Positions 17,783 through 20,000 of a stretch of DNA of 20,000 nucleotides are shown one piece after another. The notes below the pieces were generated by a model. That model had not been told where the DNA came from. It saw only the letters and a list, made by a program, of their open reading frames with translations, and did no database searches. The position numbers and the translations under genes are program-made. The DNA comes from Chrysochromulina tobinii (lineage: Eukaryota): positions 51,875 through 71,874 of the forward strand of contig JWZX01003399.1 in NCBI GenBank assembly GCA_001275005.1. Direction: 5' to 3'. Every line of letters starts with the position of its first letter. The first letter of the stretch is position 1.

Positions 17783-18309
17783 AACATGTGTTTATATAAT
17801 GCTGATCATGCGCGTCGCATGCCTAACTTAGGACTATCTGACGCGCCGTGCCTCCGGAGGCAGGCCTCTGAAGAGCCGGCTGGGCGGGGTGCCCTGCCGC
17901 CCGGGTCGTCCGCACGTGGGCCGTGACGCGGAAGGCGGATTGAAGCTCGAGCGGTCCGGCACCGCGATGGTGTCCCCGGTCCGGTCGCACACGTCGGACA
18001 CGACAGTCGGCGTCGACACCGCTCCCACGGACCACCGCGCACCGGACACACACCGGAGAACTGGGCTCCGGCAGCTGAGTCGAGTGCTGTGTGCTCACCC
18101 GTCGTGCGACAGTCGACACCGGCATGCCGGATGGACCGCGTCCCGGATCCGAGAAGCCCGGAAGCCGGATCCTGCGCGATGAGAGGCTCTCCCCCGCTCT
18201 GAGGAGCGTGCCTCAGCTATTCGAAGATCGAATCGGATCGGATACATCGCAATAGTCCGGCACGCGGCACGTAACTAGGTGAGTAACTAGAACCCCGTGT
18301 CAATCCATC

Positions 18310-19764
18310 TCATGCCCGTGCCGTGGGCGCCATGGCGGGGATTTCTACTCTGGAGAGGCTCATGGAACTGTGAATGGAACTGTGAATGGAACTGTTGCTG
18401 CTGCTGCGAGACTCGCCTTGGAAAAGGCGAGCGCGCAGTGCCACGAGCAGCGCTTGCTCCTCGTCGCTCAGGTCCTCGAGCTCCTCGCTCGTGTGCAATT
18501 CCACGAGCACCTCCTTGAGGTCAGCAACGCCGTCGAGCTCATTCGTGTCGCCGCCGCCCTCGTCGACCATCGGGAGGTTCGTCAGGATCGGCGCACCGAC
18601 CATCGAGTAGGTCGCCGAAGAGGACGACATGAGATCGCGATCGGCCGCCAGAGGTGATGCGATCTGGGGGTAAATCTCGCCGCCGTCCAAAGCGACGCCG
18701 CCGCTCCAACCACCGCACCCAAGCCCTCCGCCGCTGTCAAAAGCGACGCCGCCGCCCCAACCGCCACTCCCAAGCCCTCCGCCGCCGCCGTTTGGCGGCG
18801 TGTCGCCGCTATCAACGCGAGTATAATGGGGCGTGCCCGCGTGCCCTGTGCGGTCCCTCTTGGGTGAGTTGCTCGGCTTGTCGGGTGAGGTTACAGGCTG
18901 TGCCGGTGTCGCAAGGCTGCTTTGCGCTGCCCGCTCGTCCTGCGGCGCCTGTTCGCCATGGAGTAGCTGCAGCTTGCGAGCGTGCCTCTCTCCCAAGGCT
19001 ATGCCAAGTGCGAGGCACAGCCCGGCCACGCACGTCACCAAAAAGGCTGCCGATGCGCTGTAGACAATGTTCCGCCGGCGGCGCTCCCGATAGCTCGAGG
19101 TATGCTCGTGCATATCGCCCACCTTGGCGGCCACAGCGCTCTGCACCGCCTGAGGCTGCAGTGCGGACGTGCGCCGTTGCAACAGGTTCGCGAGGACAGC
19201 GGTGAGGATGGGGTGCGAGAGGGCGTCCAAAGGAGAAGACGTCCAAAGGGCCTCGTTCAGCTGCTCTGTCGCCAATCTATGCGTGTGCGCCTTCGCTCGC
19301 TCGCTCACCCTGCCAACCGTGTGAAACCACTCCTTGTGCATCTTGGCGTAGTGCTCGGCGGAGACCTTTACATCGTCGTGACGGTGCGCGCTGTGACGAC
19401 GAAATTCATCGTACTCGGCTGTCACGTTTCTCCGCTCGACCACGAGCACTCGAACACTGCAGTTGGCCGCAAAGAGCATGGTCAGGTGCTTTTCTGGGAC
19501 CTGGTTGGGCATGACGAGTACTCCGCATGTGCTTCTGTCGCAGCGATCTGCCATGGTGCGCAGGAAATGCCCTGGTTCCGCCCTCTGCTGCTCGAGAGTA
19601 AACCCCATAGCTTTCCAACGTGACCTCGAGCGCGTACTGGCAGCGAACGCCTCGCCATGGCACGCGACATTAGGATGATGACTGAGCGTCGTGCATAGGC
19701 TTTCTGCACTCGAGTACAAACGCGAAAAGATGATGTAATACTGACATGATGCTGTGCTGTTCAT
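18310..19764 (-). CDS. Membrane protein with N-terminal degenerate sulfotransferase-like (P-loop, Stf0/NodH-like) domain, one TM helix and a low-complexity tail; about 484 aa from the first in-frame ATG, 5' end uncertain
   Basis: YYIIFSRLYSSAESLCTTLSHHPNVACHGEAF matches the sulfotransferase N-terminal pattern hhhh-xxRSGST-L-x-x-L-x-x-HP-x-h-x-x-x-GE-x-F. VLVVERRNV matches the 3'-phosphate-binding strand. Hydrophobic IVYSASAAFLVTCVAGLCLALGIAL follows RERRRR. The track start at 19815 is a GTG; the first ATG is at 19764. Confidence 0.65.
   Translation of the reverse strand: MNSTASCQYYIIFSRLYSSAESLCTTLSHHPNVACHGEAFAASTRSRSRWKAMGFTLEQQRAEPGHFLRTMADRCDRSTCGVLVMPNQVPEKHLTMLFAANCSVRVLVVERRNVTAEYDEFRRHSAHRHDDVKVSAEHYAKMHKEWFHTVGRVSERAKAHTHRLATEQLNEALWTSSPLDALSHPILTAVLANLLQRRTSALQPQAVQSAVAAKVGDMHEHTSSYRERRRRNIVYSASAAFLVTCVAGLCLALGIALGERHARKLQLLHGEQAPQDERAAQSSLATPAQPVTSPDKPSNSPKRDRTGHAGTPHYTRVDSGDTPPNGGGGGLGSGGWGGGVAFDSGGGLGCGGWSGGVALDGGEIYPQIASPLAADRDLMSSSSATYSMVGAPILTNLPMVDEGGGDTNELDGVADLKEVLVELHTSEELEDLSDEEQALLVALRARLFQGESRSSSNSSIHSSIHSSMSLSRVEIPAMAPTARA
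18362..18395. repeat. Coding 12-bp tandem repeat (atggaactgtga, about 2.8 copies) encoding SSIH units near the C-terminus
   Basis: Read directly: atggaactgtga atggaactgtga atggaactgt. Confidence 0.85.
18678..18785. repeat. Coding 51-bp tandem duplication (about 2 copies) encoding GGGLG[S/C]GGW[G/S]GGVA[F/L]D
   Basis: aaagcgacgccgccgc...cccaagccctccgccgc recurs at 18689 and 18740 (period 51). Confidence 0.85.
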
Positions 19765-20000
19765 TGAGGTACCACAGTTCCAGTACGGATAGTGGTAACA
19801 CGTGGCACAGCACACCCTTCGGCGGCACCGAGCTGCACTAGATTAATCGGCTCGAAGTCCATTGAAATTGCGTCGTTCTGTCCCACCCGCAGACGTTCAC
19901 ACGTTCATGTGTCCTGCTGCTGCTGTTCAACACAACGCGCACAACCTCCGGACCCCCAAGCACGAGGGCCTCTATCGCTATGGACGGAGGTGTGGCCGAC

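Noticed and set aside
18274..18290. Perfect splice-donor word AG|GTGAGT on the plus strand, and CTAG as a Helitron 3' end
   Set aside because: No plus-strand coding exon leads into it, and there is no convincing subterminal hairpin or A-T insertion context.
19907..20000. Possible start of a plus-strand gene at the right edge (ATG at about 19907 or 19980)
   Set aside because: Too little sequence to support a call.

Overview
GC-rich, gene-dense, intron-poor eukaryotic (protist-like) genomic window. A haptophyte or similar alga is my guess from gene content and composition, but the organism cannot be established from the sequence. Left to right: (1) a giant armadillo-repeat gene on the minus strand, ATG at 7807, open for at least 2,602 codons and running off the left edge. 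It is absent from the supplied ORF track because its stop lies outside the window. (2) Exportin-7/RanBP16-family karyopherin (minus). (3) Sen1/MAA3-like SF1 (Upf1-like) helicase (minus). (4) Divergently oriented 6-phosphofructo-2-kinase/fructose-2,6-bisphosphatase gene with one 133-bp intron and an apparently catalytically dead phosphatase domain (plus). (5) A small acidic orphan ORF and a repeat-rich non-coding interval. (6) A membrane-anchored protein with a degenerate sulfotransferase-like domain (minus). I see no prokaryotic, CRISPR, RNA-gene or autonomous mobile-element features, and I cannot support a wholly new biological system here. The most unusual items are the giant ARM solenoid with its internal architecture and two probable pseudoenzyme domains.
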